From contig JAYRXC010000023.1 in assembly GCA_041917655.1 (NCBI GenBank), forward strand, positions 89,809-153,808: a stretch of 64,000 nt of DNA, read 5' to 3'. The position numbers and the translations under genes were made by a program. Below the pieces are notes generated by a model. That model did not search any database. It was not told the origin of the DNA and worked only from the letters and a program-made list of their open reading frames with translations. Within the stretch, counting starts at the first letter, position 1. Each line of letters starts with the position of its first letter. Positions 27,182 to 36,394 of the stretch are shown piece after piece. Origin of the DNA: Ignavibacteria bacterium. Lineage in GTDB: Bacteria; Bacteroidota; Ignavibacteria; Tepidaquicellales; OLB5.

Positions 27182-28735
27182 TTAAAAATTCCATTCTTCG
27201 CTTTCATAGTCATATGACGACCGTGAGCCCTTCTGGGTTGCCTTATTATAAAGCATGGCACCTACCATATCCTTATATGATACGCCCTCGTCCATTTCAT
27301 CTTTTGCTATTTTTGAATTGTTATGCAGTCCTTCGAGCATAAACTCCATCATCGAAGCCAGCTCGTAGTCATTCTCAATTGTTTTGATATGCTTCTTGAC
27401 TGCTTTTTCAAGCCCGTCAATGCGTTTCAGCGCAGCAAAGTAATCATCAAACATCATATCATCATTAAGCTCTATGTAATTACCCCCTTCAAACCATTTT
27501 ATAATTTCCGCATATGGATCGGCGGCCGGTTGTTCCTTCTGTTCAGCCTGTTTCCTCGGCTTCTTCTGCAGGGGATCCGGGAAATACTTCCGGAAGATCT
27601 CCCTGACGCTCTTTCCTATCAGCGCGCGGCTTACTTTTACCGGGCCTTCCTGCTCGCCTTCAAAGACCAGTTCGATCTTTCCGGTCATCCCGGGCAGGGC
27701 AGCGCCCAAATCTGTGATCCTTGGAAAAATAATAGTCTCGCCGTTCATTATCGATCTTCTTTCGGCATTGCTCACAAGGTTTTCCATTGCAGAAATTGTT
27801 AGTCTTGCGCTAACGCCTGATTTCTGCTCTACAAACTCGCTGTTCCTGGCTTCATGAGCAGCCATTTCGATAATCTCTTTCATGTAATAGGGAATTATTA
27901 CATCCTTATCATGATGGCGCTTGATCCAGCTTTGTGATTCGGTTATCTTAATGCCGTCTTCAATGCTCTTGGGATAATGTGTGAGTATCTGAGAATCAAT
28001 CCTGTCCTTAAGCGGAGTAATTATATTCCCCCTGTTAGTGTAATCTTCAGGATTCGCGGTATATACTATAAATACATCCAGCGGGAAACGGATATTGAAC
28101 CCGCGGATCTGAATATCACGCTCCTGCATGATGTTCAGCAGACCGACCTGGATTCTCGGCTGCAGATCCGGCAGCTCGTTGATGGCAAAAATTCCTCTGT
28201 TAGTGCGCGGCACTATACCAAAGTGAATTGCTCCTTCGTGTGAATAATGCAGCCGCTGTGTTGCAGCCTTTATAGGATCTATATCTCCAATTAGATCCGC
28301 AATGGTTACATCAGGTGTTGCCAGCTTTTCGCCGAAGCGGCTTTCCCTGCCTATCCATTCGATCTCTGTATTATCTCCATGTTCATTCACAGCATCAACT
28401 GCGAATTTAGAAATAGGGAAGAATGGGTTATCGTTTATTTCGGATCCTTTTATGATAGGGGTAAACTCGTCGAGAAGGTCAACAAGCATACGGGCCATTT
28501 TTGTTTTTGCCTGACCCCTCAAGCCAAGGAATATAATGTCATGTTTAGCAAGTATAGCATTTATTACCTGTGGAACGACTGTTTTTTCATAGCCTATTAT
28601 GCCGGGGAATACTTCTTCCTTTTTCCTCAGCTTATCGACCAGGTTCTTCCTGATCTCATCTTTAACTGCAAGTACTTTATAACCTGATGCCTTAAGCTCA
28701 CCTAAGGTCTTTGGATGATTTGGTAATTGACCCAT
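27182..28735 (-). CDS. AAA+ ATPase, Mg-chelatase ChlI/BchI-like family
   Basis: Walker-A-like FLGLRGQAKTKMAR, Walker B GIFAINELPDL, sensor region IVYTANPEDYTNRGNIITPLKDR. Confidence 0.65.
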   Translation of the reverse strand: MGQLPNHPKTLGELKASGYKVLAVKDEIRKNLVDKLRKKEEVFPGIIGYEKTVVPQVINAILAKHDIIFLGLRGQAKTKMARMLVDLLDEFTPIIKGSEINDNPFFPISKFAVDAVNEHGDNTEIEWIGRESRFGEKLATPDVTIADLIGDIDPIKAATQRLHYSHEGAIHFGIVPRTNRGIFAINELPDLQPRIQVGLLNIMQERDIQIRGFNIRFPLDVFIVYTANPEDYTNRGNIITPLKDRIDSQILTHYPKSIEDGIKITESQSWIKRHHDKDVIIPYYMKEIIEMAAHEARNSEFVEQKSGVSARLTISAMENLVSNAERRSIMNGETIIFPRITDLGAALPGMTGKIELVFEGEQEGPVKVSRALIGKSVREIFRKYFPDPLQKKPRKQAEQKEQPAADPYAEIIKWFEGGNYIELNDDMMFDDYFAALKRIDGLEKAVKKHIKTIENDYELASMMEFMLEGLHNNSKIAKDEMDEGVSYKDMVGAMLYNKATQKGSRSSYDYESEEWNF

Positions 28736-28888
28736 TTAAAATTGCGTTCTTTCTTTTTTATTGAGATGAAAAATTAGCTAAATAAATCGTGTAATTCAAC
28801 TTCATAAATATTAGCTTTTAGCGTATAATTAAACAACATTCTGCGGGTGCGGCTTGTTCCTTTTGCATTGATCCTGCCTGCCGAATAT

Positions 28889-30340
28889 CTATTTGATCTC
28901 TTCCATTTTTTCCAGTACCCAGCTTCTGCCGATGAAATTCGGGGTATTCTTAGCTTTTAGGTATATTTCTTCCTTCAGCCCTTTCCCGGATGTCTTAGCC
29001 CGTATAAGATGCGCAGTCAGCCTAAGCAGCAGCGGATAGCTTGAAATACTTTCACGCGTAACCCTTCCGCTTGAAGTTATGAATTTCCTGAAGGCATCTA
29101 CTGCCGACTCTGCCTCGAAATAATGACCGAGCTCGTAATATGTTCTTATCAGCATCCATCTTACAGTAAGGTTAACCGGAATATCCGGTGATTTAATTCT
29201 GCTTAGATACTGAATCACATTATTATAGTCGCCTTTGGTTACGTTAAAATAACCCATAAGGAAGTTGTATGTGTTTTCCTTTACAGAAGGTTCAAGCTGA
29301 TCTCTGTAAGTGTTTATGAAATTTCCGGCCCATTGAAAGTCTCTGCAGCCAATAGCCTGCATAGCAATGTTATGATAGCTGCTATCGCTTACAAAACCGT
29401 GATCATCTCTGTATATGACGCCCCTGTTAACATACATTTTATTTATCTCGTGCAGGGTTTTTACATCTACGGGGCCTTTGGATGACTTAGAGAAAATGTA
29501 AGAGGCAAATATCATTTGCCAAAACTCGATATTATCCACCTGTCGGAATCTTTCAATATTTTCAAATGAAAGCTGCTTCAGCTTTTCACGGTATAAGCCA
29601 TTTGGATCGTTTACTTTGCTTAAAAGTCCGTAGTAATAGCATGCAACTAACGGATAGTTTTCCGGTTCATTCGTTTTTATTGTTTCAAGCGCATTTTCAA
29701 AGTTCAGCATCTCGTTAATTCTATCTATAAACACATTCCTGCTTTCATCAGCTTCAACAAATCTGTTCACTTCATAATCGTTAAGAGTTCTCAATATTGA
29801 AACAAGCATATATTTCAATGCTGCAGAGAGCTTTGTGCTGTTGCTTGTTATCTTGAATCTGGAATCATGGTTTTCGGTTAGCTGGTGCTTCAGTTCAAGC
29901 AGGTCATACCTCTTTTTAAGGAAACTTATGCTGTAACCTTCATGCTGATCCTGAATGCTTATTGCCAAATCGGCTTTTTTGTCAGCATAAGAAACGAGTT
30001 TTCTCTTCTGTAATTCTGATATTAACAGAGTGTCATGTGTGAACCGGTCATTGCGAAGCGCTAACTCAACTAAGTATTTTTCGCAAAGCTTTGTGGTGCG
30101 GTGAAGAAGATTTTTTACAACCTGTGTGTTCAGTTTTTCCCGCCCGTAAACTTCCCGGTAAACGGTTTCATCTGAAATTGCGTTTTCTTCAGGGTTGGGG
30201 TAAACGGAGGATAGATACACGAGAAATTTCACTATGTCACTACGGGTATTATGAAATGGAGACCGTGAAAACTCTGCCAATCCTGCCATTTCACTTTGGG
30301 TAAGTGTATTCAGAAGCTTATATACATTTTTAGTGCTCAT
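28889..30340 (-). CDS. Orphan ~483-aa all-helical (TPR-like) protein, family member P2
   Basis: Paralogue of P3 (hand count 26/50 identical in block YYYGLLSKVNDP...). N-terminal SPFHNTRSDIVKF. No signal peptide or TM, no SD. Confidence 0.8.
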   Translation of the reverse strand: MSTKNVYKLLNTLTQSEMAGLAEFSRSPFHNTRSDIVKFLVYLSSVYPNPEENAISDETVYREVYGREKLNTQVVKNLLHRTTKLCEKYLVELALRNDRFTHDTLLISELQKRKLVSYADKKADLAISIQDQHEGYSISFLKKRYDLLELKHQLTENHDSRFKITSNSTKLSAALKYMLVSILRTLNDYEVNRFVEADESRNVFIDRINEMLNFENALETIKTNEPENYPLVACYYYGLLSKVNDPNGLYREKLKQLSFENIERFRQVDNIEFWQMIFASYIFSKSSKGPVDVKTLHEINKMYVNRGVIYRDDHGFVSDSSYHNIAMQAIGCRDFQWAGNFINTYRDQLEPSVKENTYNFLMGYFNVTKGDYNNVIQYLSRIKSPDIPVNLTVRWMLIRTYYELGHYFEAESAVDAFRKFITSSGRVTRESISSYPLLLRLTAHLIRAKTSGKGLKEEIYLKAKNTPNFIGRSWVLEKMEEIK

Positions 30341-30345
30341 ATCCG

Positions 30346-30419
30346 GTGATTACGAATTAGCTCAAAATAATATAATATTTCACAAAAAACAATAAATATT
30401 GCTAAAATAGTGTGATTAC
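30346..30419. promoter_or_regulatory. Direct repeat GTGATTAC x2 (30346-30353, 30412-30419), candidate operator pair
   Basis: Copy 1 lies 6 nt from the P2 start codon and copy 2 lies 49 nt upstream of the cargo -7 box. The P3 cassette has the same geometry. Confidence 0.4.
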
Positions 30420-30460
30420 TTTTCGGGATTTTTCTTTTTGTTAGAGCGATTGCAGAAAAA

Positions 30461-30468
30461 TATATTTG
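30461..30468 (+). promoter_or_regulatory. Candidate -7 box TATATTTG of the cargo operon
   Basis: Exact TAnnTTTG match about 230 nt upstream of the ATG at 30699. Confidence 0.45.
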
Positions 30469-30472
30469 TGAC

Positions 30473-30698
30473 AGATAGCGTAACAAACAATAAACAAAAA
30501 GGGAAGTCAGGATGTTAATTTCAGATTTAGTTCTCCGAAACGCAGCACCCCAATTGCACGTAATATCCGGACTCCCAAGTCAGTTTATTGCGCTATCTAA
30601 CCGGGGAGGGATAACATTTCCCTCTCCGGAATTTTTAGCAAAGCAGTTATCCACAGCAAACGAAATTAACTTAAAAAAATAATAAGGAGATGTAAATT
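30473..30698 (+). promoter_or_regulatory. Long structured 5' leader of the cargo gene
   Basis: agatagcg (30473-30480) pairs with cgctatct (30591-30598). A GC hairpin ccggggaggg..ccctctccgg (30601-30629) is followed by aattttt, an A-rich linker and AATAATAAGGAGA. Confidence 0.4.
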
Positions 30699-32387
30699 AT
30701 GAAACGGAAATTTCATTTAATTGTTTTATTCACACTGCTTTTTGCCGGCAGCCTGAGTTCCCAGTGGACTTCCAATACATCGCAAAATCAGCAGCTTTGC
30801 GGAGCCACGGGTAACCAGTACGCACCGGTGGTTGTTAGTGACGGCTCGGGCGGAGTTATTTCGGCATGGATAGATGAAAGAACAGTGAACGTACAGAAGA
30901 TATATGTTCAGCGGTACAACGCTTCTGGTGTTGCTATGTGGCAGGCAAACGGAGTTGAGCTTGTGCCTTCACAGACCAATGCGGCGGACCTTCAGTGCGT
31001 GCCGGATGGCAGCGGCGGAGCAGTGATCTGCTGGATGGGATCAAGAGCAGGTACAGTATCTATGTTTTATGCACGTAAGATCAATTCAGCCGGGGTACCG
31101 CAGTGGCCTTCAGAAGTTGGTGTTAGCGGTGTATATAACGCTTCATATAATGATGAAAAGTGTTCAATTGCCCCGGACGGAAGCGGGGGAGTTTTGCTTG
31201 CTTACAAAAGATACAATAATTCCGTTTCGAAGTACGAAATTCACTGTCAGTACATTTCCTCAGACGGCTCGCGTTATTTCGGGAGCGGCGGAACAGTTGC
31301 TGCCACCTCAAATGTTTCCGCGTCATTTGATAATCCAAGAATTTGCTCAGATGATGCCGGCGGTGCGATCATAATATATCAGAATTATTCCAGGATCATA
31401 GCACAAAAGCTGAATAACCTTGGGCAGAAGCAGTGGGGAAGTGACGGATTTGATGTTTTCAGCTCTACAGTTGGAAATATGTTCATACCTGTGATCTGCA
31501 AAGATGGAGTTGGCGGCGCTATAGTTGCATGCATCGATGAAAGGGTGCCTTCCAATAATTTTGATATCTACGCACAGAGAGTTAAGAATGGCGCTTCAAT
31601 GTGGGGCGCAGGCGGTAAGCCGATAGCTGTAGGTACAGCGCGCCAGTGGGTTCCAAAGATTGCATATGACAACAATTACGGAGCATACATTGCTTGGCAG
31701 GATGAAAGAGAAAGTGCTGACAGCTCTAAGCCGTATTTGCAGAGGATTGATCTCGCGGGGAATCTTTACTTCCAGTCAAACGGCATCAGGATGGATCCCT
31801 ACAAGTGCGGTCTTATAGATATAACTTCCGGCGACAGCACAGCAGTTTACGCAATTGTTGCATCAGGTAATACTTATCCTCAATTCAATATCAATGTTCA
31901 AAAACTAAGCAGCGCGGGGAGCTTTCCATGGGGGATCAATTCTATTCCGCTTTCAACAGCCTTTTCCGCTAAGAATTTTTCGAAGTTTCCTTTAGCCGTA
32001 GATAATTCAGGTGCTCTTATTTGCGTGTGGGAAGATAACCGCAGCACCCCGGCAATTAAAGTATATGGCCACAAAATACAGGCATCGGGGCTTACCGGAT
32101 TCACAAATACCGTGGAGATACCGGAAAAGTTCAAGCTTGAACAAAATTATCCGAATCCATTTAATCCTTCAACACGCATAAGCTTTTCAATTCCTGAAAA
32201 AAGCATCGTAAAACTTAAGGTTTATGATGTGGCCGGCAGCGAAGTAAAAACGATATTGAATGCGGATATGCAGGCCGGGCATCACTCTGTACAATTCGAT
32301 GCAGTTAGCTTGAGCTCGGGCATTTACTTCTATACGCTTCAGGCAAATGGATTTTCAGAAACACGCAAAATGATATTAATAAAATAA
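30699..32387 (+). CDS. T9SS-sorted repeat (beta-propeller-like) secreted protein
   Basis: Signal peptide, about 8 repeats of the D-G-S/G-G-G-hydrophobic-W/Y type (SDGSGGVISAW, DGSGGAVICW, DGVGGAIVACIDER), T9SS tail. Confidence 0.75.
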   Translation: MKRKFHLIVLFTLLFAGSLSSQWTSNTSQNQQLCGATGNQYAPVVVSDGSGGVISAWIDERTVNVQKIYVQRYNASGVAMWQANGVELVPSQTNAADLQCVPDGSGGAVICWMGSRAGTVSMFYARKINSAGVPQWPSEVGVSGVYNASYNDEKCSIAPDGSGGVLLAYKRYNNSVSKYEIHCQYISSDGSRYFGSGGTVAATSNVSASFDNPRICSDDAGGAIIIYQNYSRIIAQKLNNLGQKQWGSDGFDVFSSTVGNMFIPVICKDGVGGAIVACIDERVPSNNFDIYAQRVKNGASMWGAGGKPIAVGTARQWVPKIAYDNNYGAYIAWQDERESADSSKPYLQRIDLAGNLYFQSNGIRMDPYKCGLIDITSGDSTAVYAIVASGNTYPQFNINVQKLSSAGSFPWGINSIPLSTAFSAKNFSKFPLAVDNSGALICVWEDNRSTPAIKVYGHKIQASGLTGFTNTVEIPEKFKLEQNYPNPFNPSTRISFSIPEKSIVKLKVYDVAGSEVKTILNADMQAGHHSVQFDAVSLSSGIYFYTLQANGFSETRKMILIK

Positions 32388-32449
32388 AAACATAATCTAA
32401 CAGTCCGCCCATTGTAAATATGTGCGGGCGGCAGATAAAGGAGAAAAAA

Positions 32450-32887
32450 ATGAAATTACTTTCGGTAATCATAATAGTTCTGAGTATTACCTGTGGAAAG
32501 CTTTTTTCCCAGGAGTTTCATGTGTGTGATTATGTGGATGATAACTGGAATCCGGTTGGAGCTTCTTCACAAATGAACGGGTCAGGCGGAGTGAATTTCC
32601 TGGCTAAGCTTCCCGAAAAAGTTTATGACCAGCTTTATATGTGGGTTATATATAAAACAGATGATTCGGGGAAGGATTCGGAATTTGTAAATGAGCTTGT
32701 GATGAGAATAGAAGAGGGATATGATATTGTGCATAATGGCGCAAGGTTTTTCTGTACTACTGAAAAGGTTTTCCTGCAGCCGGGTAACTACAGGATATAC
32801 TTTATATATGAGAATGATAAGGAACCGAATTTTAAATACGGCAGCCTGACTAAATATCTTGCAAAGGGCGAAGTGACCATAAATTAG
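32450..32887 (+). CDS. Small secreted or lipoprotein-like hypothetical protein
   Basis: SD AAGGAGA then the ATG at 32450. MKLLSVIIIVLSITCGKLFSQ signal with Cys. Confidence 0.6.
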   Translation: MKLLSVIIIVLSITCGKLFSQEFHVCDYVDDNWNPVGASSQMNGSGGVNFLAKLPEKVYDQLYMWVIYKTDDSGKDSEFVNELVMRIEEGYDIVHNGARFFCTTEKVFLQPGNYRIYFIYENDKEPNFKYGSLTKYLAKGEVTIN

Positions 32888-32902
32888 AAATGGAATTTCT
32901 GA

Positions 32903-32934
32903 GGGGATAGCCGGGAACTATCCCCTTTTGTTTT
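32903..32934 (+). terminator. Intrinsic terminator of the 30699-32887 operon
   Basis: Stem ggggatag/ctatcccc followed by ttttgtttt. Confidence 0.7.
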
Positions 32935-32977
32935 CCTGCCATACCGGGAGTCTCAATTCGTTGTAGGGCAGAAACTA

Positions 32978-34414
32978 CTATAAGAGTTCTTTCATTTTTG
33001 CAATGACCCATATTTTAGAGTTAAATGCAGCACCATTCAATGCCTTGAGGTACAATTCCTCGGGAAGCTTCTTATTTGATGCTTTATGCTTGATTAGCTT
33101 GTAGGCCTGTTTGGCAAATACAAGAAGCGGTTTTTTCAGATGTGAAGGCAGCACTTTATTTTTCTTATGAAATTGCCTTAATGCTTCAGTTCCCGAAAGG
33201 GCTTCTTCGTAATATCCCAGTTCATAATAACACCTTATTGAAAGCGTGGCCACATGTGTCCTTGTCATTACATTATCGATCTTCATTTTGCTGATATATT
33301 GAATGCTCTTTTCGTATTCTTTTCTTTCGAAGCAGCTGCGTGCCATACAAATGTTATAAGTATCATCTGGCGTTCCCGGCGGCAGTTTATACTTATAGTC
33401 ATTCAGGAATTTTTCTGCCCAGTCGTAATCTCCGGCGCTAATTGCCTGGAACGCGATGTTATGGTAGTTGTTTTCCATAATATAGCCCAGCTCATCTCTT
33501 GTTAATATATCCCGCGAAACAAAGAACTTATTAATTCCATGAATCTCCCTGCTCGGGTCGTACTTTGGAGGAGTGTTTGAAAAAATGTAAGCTGCAAATA
33601 GCAAAGTCCAGCAGGTACCCTGGTCCTGGTATTTCATGTTATCGAGGTTTTCAAACACAGTTTTTTTCAGCTCTTCCCTGTATTTCCCATCCGGATCATT
33701 CATTTTGCTCTGCAGACCGTAGTAGAAAACTGCGGTTATCGCATAGTACGGAGAATTTATCAGCCTTAGGTTCTCAATATATTTTTCAAAATCAAAATAC
33801 TTGAAGTATCCATTGAAGATTTCGTCGCTTTCTATAACGGAATTCACATACTTAAATACTATGAAGTCGTTTGCGATTCTAAGCAGATTCAGAATGTAAT
33901 AGTTTACAAATGCTTCCCCCCGGTTCAGCGCATTTTCTGTTTTCTGCCGGAAATTTCTGAGGCTGACTACCAGAGATTCTTTAAGTTCTGTGTAATCATA
34001 GTATTTTTTCAGGTAGTCAATGGTATAGTATTCGTTTTTAAGGTTTGCAATTGCATTCTCAATTGTTTTTCCTGTCAGCCGGTCATGTCCTCTTCGGGCG
34101 AGTTCAAATGAAAGTGCGTTGGTTTTAGCGGCTTCATCCTTCAGAAGCCCTGTAACAGTCAGAAAGTTCAGCAAATGTTTTTGCGTCCTGCTTAACAAAT
34201 TGATTATTACTTGTTTGTTGAAGTTTTGTGTTCCGTAAACATAGATATATACTTCTTCTCTGTTTAGTTCCGTTACCGGTAATTTCTTCTTAATGTAATC
34301 ATAGAATTTTATCAAATCGCTTCTGCCGTTGAAAAAGGGCGATTTCAGGTATTCCCCGAATTTTTCCAGAGATTCGGCATCCAGAGAGTTGAGAATAAGC
34401 AATGCATTTTTCAT
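32978..34414 (-). CDS. Orphan ~478-aa all-helical (TPR-like) protein, family member P3
   Basis: ATG at 34414 (MKNALLILNSL..) aligns with the P1 and P2 N-termini; the ORF track extends to a GTG at 34459. FGEYLKSPFFNGRSDLIKFYDYI. Confidence 0.8.
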   Translation of the reverse strand: MKNALLILNSLDAESLEKFGEYLKSPFFNGRSDLIKFYDYIKKKLPVTELNREEVYIYVYGTQNFNKQVIINLLSRTQKHLLNFLTVTGLLKDEAAKTNALSFELARRGHDRLTGKTIENAIANLKNEYYTIDYLKKYYDYTELKESLVVSLRNFRQKTENALNRGEAFVNYYILNLLRIANDFIVFKYVNSVIESDEIFNGYFKYFDFEKYIENLRLINSPYYAITAVFYYGLQSKMNDPDGKYREELKKTVFENLDNMKYQDQGTCWTLLFAAYIFSNTPPKYDPSREIHGINKFFVSRDILTRDELGYIMENNYHNIAFQAISAGDYDWAEKFLNDYKYKLPPGTPDDTYNICMARSCFERKEYEKSIQYISKMKIDNVMTRTHVATLSIRCYYELGYYEEALSGTEALRQFHKKNKVLPSHLKKPLLVFAKQAYKLIKHKASNKKLPEELYLKALNGAAFNSKIWVIAKMKELL

Positions 34415-34419
34415 TTTAG

Positions 34420-34510
34420 AGTGATTTTTCTGAGTCAAGCTAATAGCAAATTTTACCACAATATCGCAATATAATGCTAACAGAGCATTAAAATAAGTGA
34501 TTTTTTCTGA
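34420..34510. promoter_or_regulatory. Direct repeat AGTGATTTTT(T)CTGA x2 (34420-34433, 34496-34510), candidate operator pair
   Basis: All 14 bases of copy 1 recur in copy 2, which carries one extra T. The GTGATT of copy 1 lies 7 nt from the P3 start codon and that of copy 2 lies 48 nt upstream of the cargo -7 box. Confidence 0.45.
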
Positions 34511-34544
34511 CTAAAATATTCTTTTTTTCATAAAGTCATGCATC

Positions 34545-34552
34545 TATCTTTG
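34545..34552 (+). promoter_or_regulatory. Candidate -7 box TATCTTTG of the SBBP cargo operon
   Basis: Exact TAnnTTTG match about 195 nt upstream of the TTG start at 34748. Confidence 0.45.
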
Positions 34553-34556
34553 TAAA

Positions 34557-34747
34557 GTTAGCGCAGTTAAGGTTATACCATAAGATTTTCAATTCATACG
34601 ACTTCCGACAATATTCAGCATGAAAAAACCCCGCATTGGTGAACTTTTTTACCATGCGCTAACTAAGGAAGGCACTCTGTTTAACAGAGTGCTTCTCCTG
34701 TCAAATTCTGAAATTAGAAAATTTAAATAAATAATAAGGAGAACAAA
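34557..34747 (+). promoter_or_regulatory. Long structured 5' leader of the SBBP cargo operon
   Basis: gttagcgc (34557-34564) pairs with gcgctaac (34656-34663). Hairpin gcactctg-tttaa-cagagtgc (34672-34692), A-rich linker, AATAATAAGGAGA. Confidence 0.4.
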
Positions 34748-36364
34748 TTGAACAGAACAATTATTCTATTTCTAATTTTAATAACAACTTCAGTTTTTTC
34801 GCAGATTTCTCAACAATGGGCTTCCAGGTACAATGCATTTGAAAGTTCGAACGAGAATCTATACGATATGAAGTATGATGGAGCGGGCAACATCTATTTG
34901 TGCGGCGCAAGTGACAGCATTGCAACACTATCTGATGCTATAGTACTAAAGTACAATTCAAATGGTGTTCTATTGTGGAGCTCCAGGTATAACGGACCTG
35001 TAAACGGATACGATAACGCATTTAGTATTGCGCTGGATAATTCCGGTAACGTTTACTTCACAGGCTCCAGCCAGGGTAGCGGTACCGGGAATGATATTAT
35101 AATTGTTAAATTGAACTCAGCAGGGGTTCAGCAATGGGCGCAAAGAATTAACGGTACAGCCAATCAATCAGATTTTGGAATATCAATTGCTGTTGATAAC
35201 ACGGGAAACGTGTATTGCTGCGGCACTGTAAACAGGACAGGTTCTAACGAGGATATTGTAGTTGTTAAGCTGAACTCATCAGGGGCGCAGCAATGGATAG
35301 AATACTACAATTGGGTGAACGGATTTGAAAGCAGCCAAAAACTTCTGCTTGACGCTTCCGGAAATGTATATATTACCGGCAGAAGCGTTAACGCTTCAAA
35401 TAACTACGATATTGTTACTCTAAAATATAACAACGCCGGGGCAAACCAGTTCAGCGTACGTTATAACGGCGCGTCCAACAGGGATGATTACCCCGGCAAT
35501 ATGGATATAGATGCTTCCGGAAATATTTTTGTATGCGGTGTTTCGCTTACAGCATCCAGCGGAAATGAAGGTGTATTGATCAGGTACAACAGTTCTGGTG
35601 TTGAACAATGGGTATCAAAATACAACTATTTGGGAGCATTTGATGACGGGTTTGAAGATGTGAAAATTGATAACAGCGGCAATATCTTTGTCTGCGGATA
35701 TAGTGAAAGCAGTGCCAATGTGTCAAACTTTGCAACTGTTAAATACAGCAGCGCCGGCTCAATTACCTGGGTTCAAAGATACAGTGGACCTATTGCCTCA
35801 GCAGACAACGCAAAGAGTTTGTATATCGATAATGCACAAAATGTAATTATTACCGGATCGGGAGTCGGCTTAAACACTGATTTTGACATTGTAACAGTAA
35901 AATATACCAATGCAGGAAGCCAGGTATGGGACCAAAGATATAATTTTGCAGGGGCTCAGGATCACGGCATCAAAATAGCCGGTGATAATACCGGAAGTAT
36001 CTATGTTGCCGGCTACAGTTATTCTCCTTCAACCCCGGATATTGTACTGGTCAAGTATTCGCAGCCATCAGGTGTAGAACCTGTTTCAGGGAATATTCCT
36101 GTGGACTATTTTCTTAGCCAGAATTTCCCGAATCCGTTTAATCCTCAAACAAAGATAAATTTTAGCCTGCCTCAGGATGGGTTTACTGAACTTATGGTAT
36201 TCGATGTCACAGGCAAAGCAGTAGAAACAATTGTTAAGGAAAACCTGAACGCCGGCGAATACTCAGTTGATTTTGATGCTTCCGGATTAACTTCAGGAGT
36301 GTATTTCTACCGCATTTCATCAAATGGTTACTCAGTTACAAAGAAGATGATTCTGATAAAATAA
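34748..36364 (+). CDS. T9SS-sorted SBBP-repeat beta-propeller protein
   Basis: Repeats D(N/A)SGN(V/I)Y(V/F)(T/C)G and (T/V)VKYN(S/N)(S/A)G..QW, signal peptide, T9SS tail. TTG start 7 nt after the SD. Confidence 0.8.
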   Translation: MNRTIILFLILITTSVFSQISQQWASRYNAFESSNENLYDMKYDGAGNIYLCGASDSIATLSDAIVLKYNSNGVLLWSSRYNGPVNGYDNAFSIALDNSGNVYFTGSSQGSGTGNDIIIVKLNSAGVQQWAQRINGTANQSDFGISIAVDNTGNVYCCGTVNRTGSNEDIVVVKLNSSGAQQWIEYYNWVNGFESSQKLLLDASGNVYITGRSVNASNNYDIVTLKYNNAGANQFSVRYNGASNRDDYPGNMDIDASGNIFVCGVSLTASSGNEGVLIRYNSSGVEQWVSKYNYLGAFDDGFEDVKIDNSGNIFVCGYSESSANVSNFATVKYSSAGSITWVQRYSGPIASADNAKSLYIDNAQNVIITGSGVGLNTDFDIVTVKYTNAGSQVWDQRYNFAGAQDHGIKIAGDNTGSIYVAGYSYSPSTPDIVLVKYSQPSGVEPVSGNIPVDYFLSQNFPNPFNPQTKINFSLPQDGFTELMVFDVTGKAVETIVKENLNAGEYSVDFDASGLTSGVYFYRISSNGYSVTKKMILIK

Positions 36365-36394
36365 ATTTTATATAACACTGAAAGGATACTAAAA

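Noticed and set aside
26767-28735. The AAA+ ATPase upstream of clpS-aat as a replacement for the ClpA unfoldase in an N-degron module
   Set aside because: The ATPase is a single-module ChlI/BchI-MoxR-like protein, not a double-ring Clp/Hsp100. It lacks a ClpA N-domain and is separated from clpS by 133 bp. ClpA is probably encoded elsewhere.
28818-28868. 16-codon micro-ORF (MQKEQAAPAECCLIIR) just downstream of P2 as an RNPP-style signalling peptide
   Set aside because: It has no SD and no signal sequence, and no equivalent micro-ORF lies downstream of P1, P3 or P4.
30473-30598. The 8-bp inverted repeats flanking ~110 bp as an invertible (phase-variable) promoter switch
   Set aside because: The candidate -7 box lies outside the inverted-repeat-bounded segment. 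The repeats are only 8 bp long, and no site-specific recombinase is encoded in the window. An RNA-level or protein-binding role is more plausible, and chance cannot be excluded for any single 8-mer pair.
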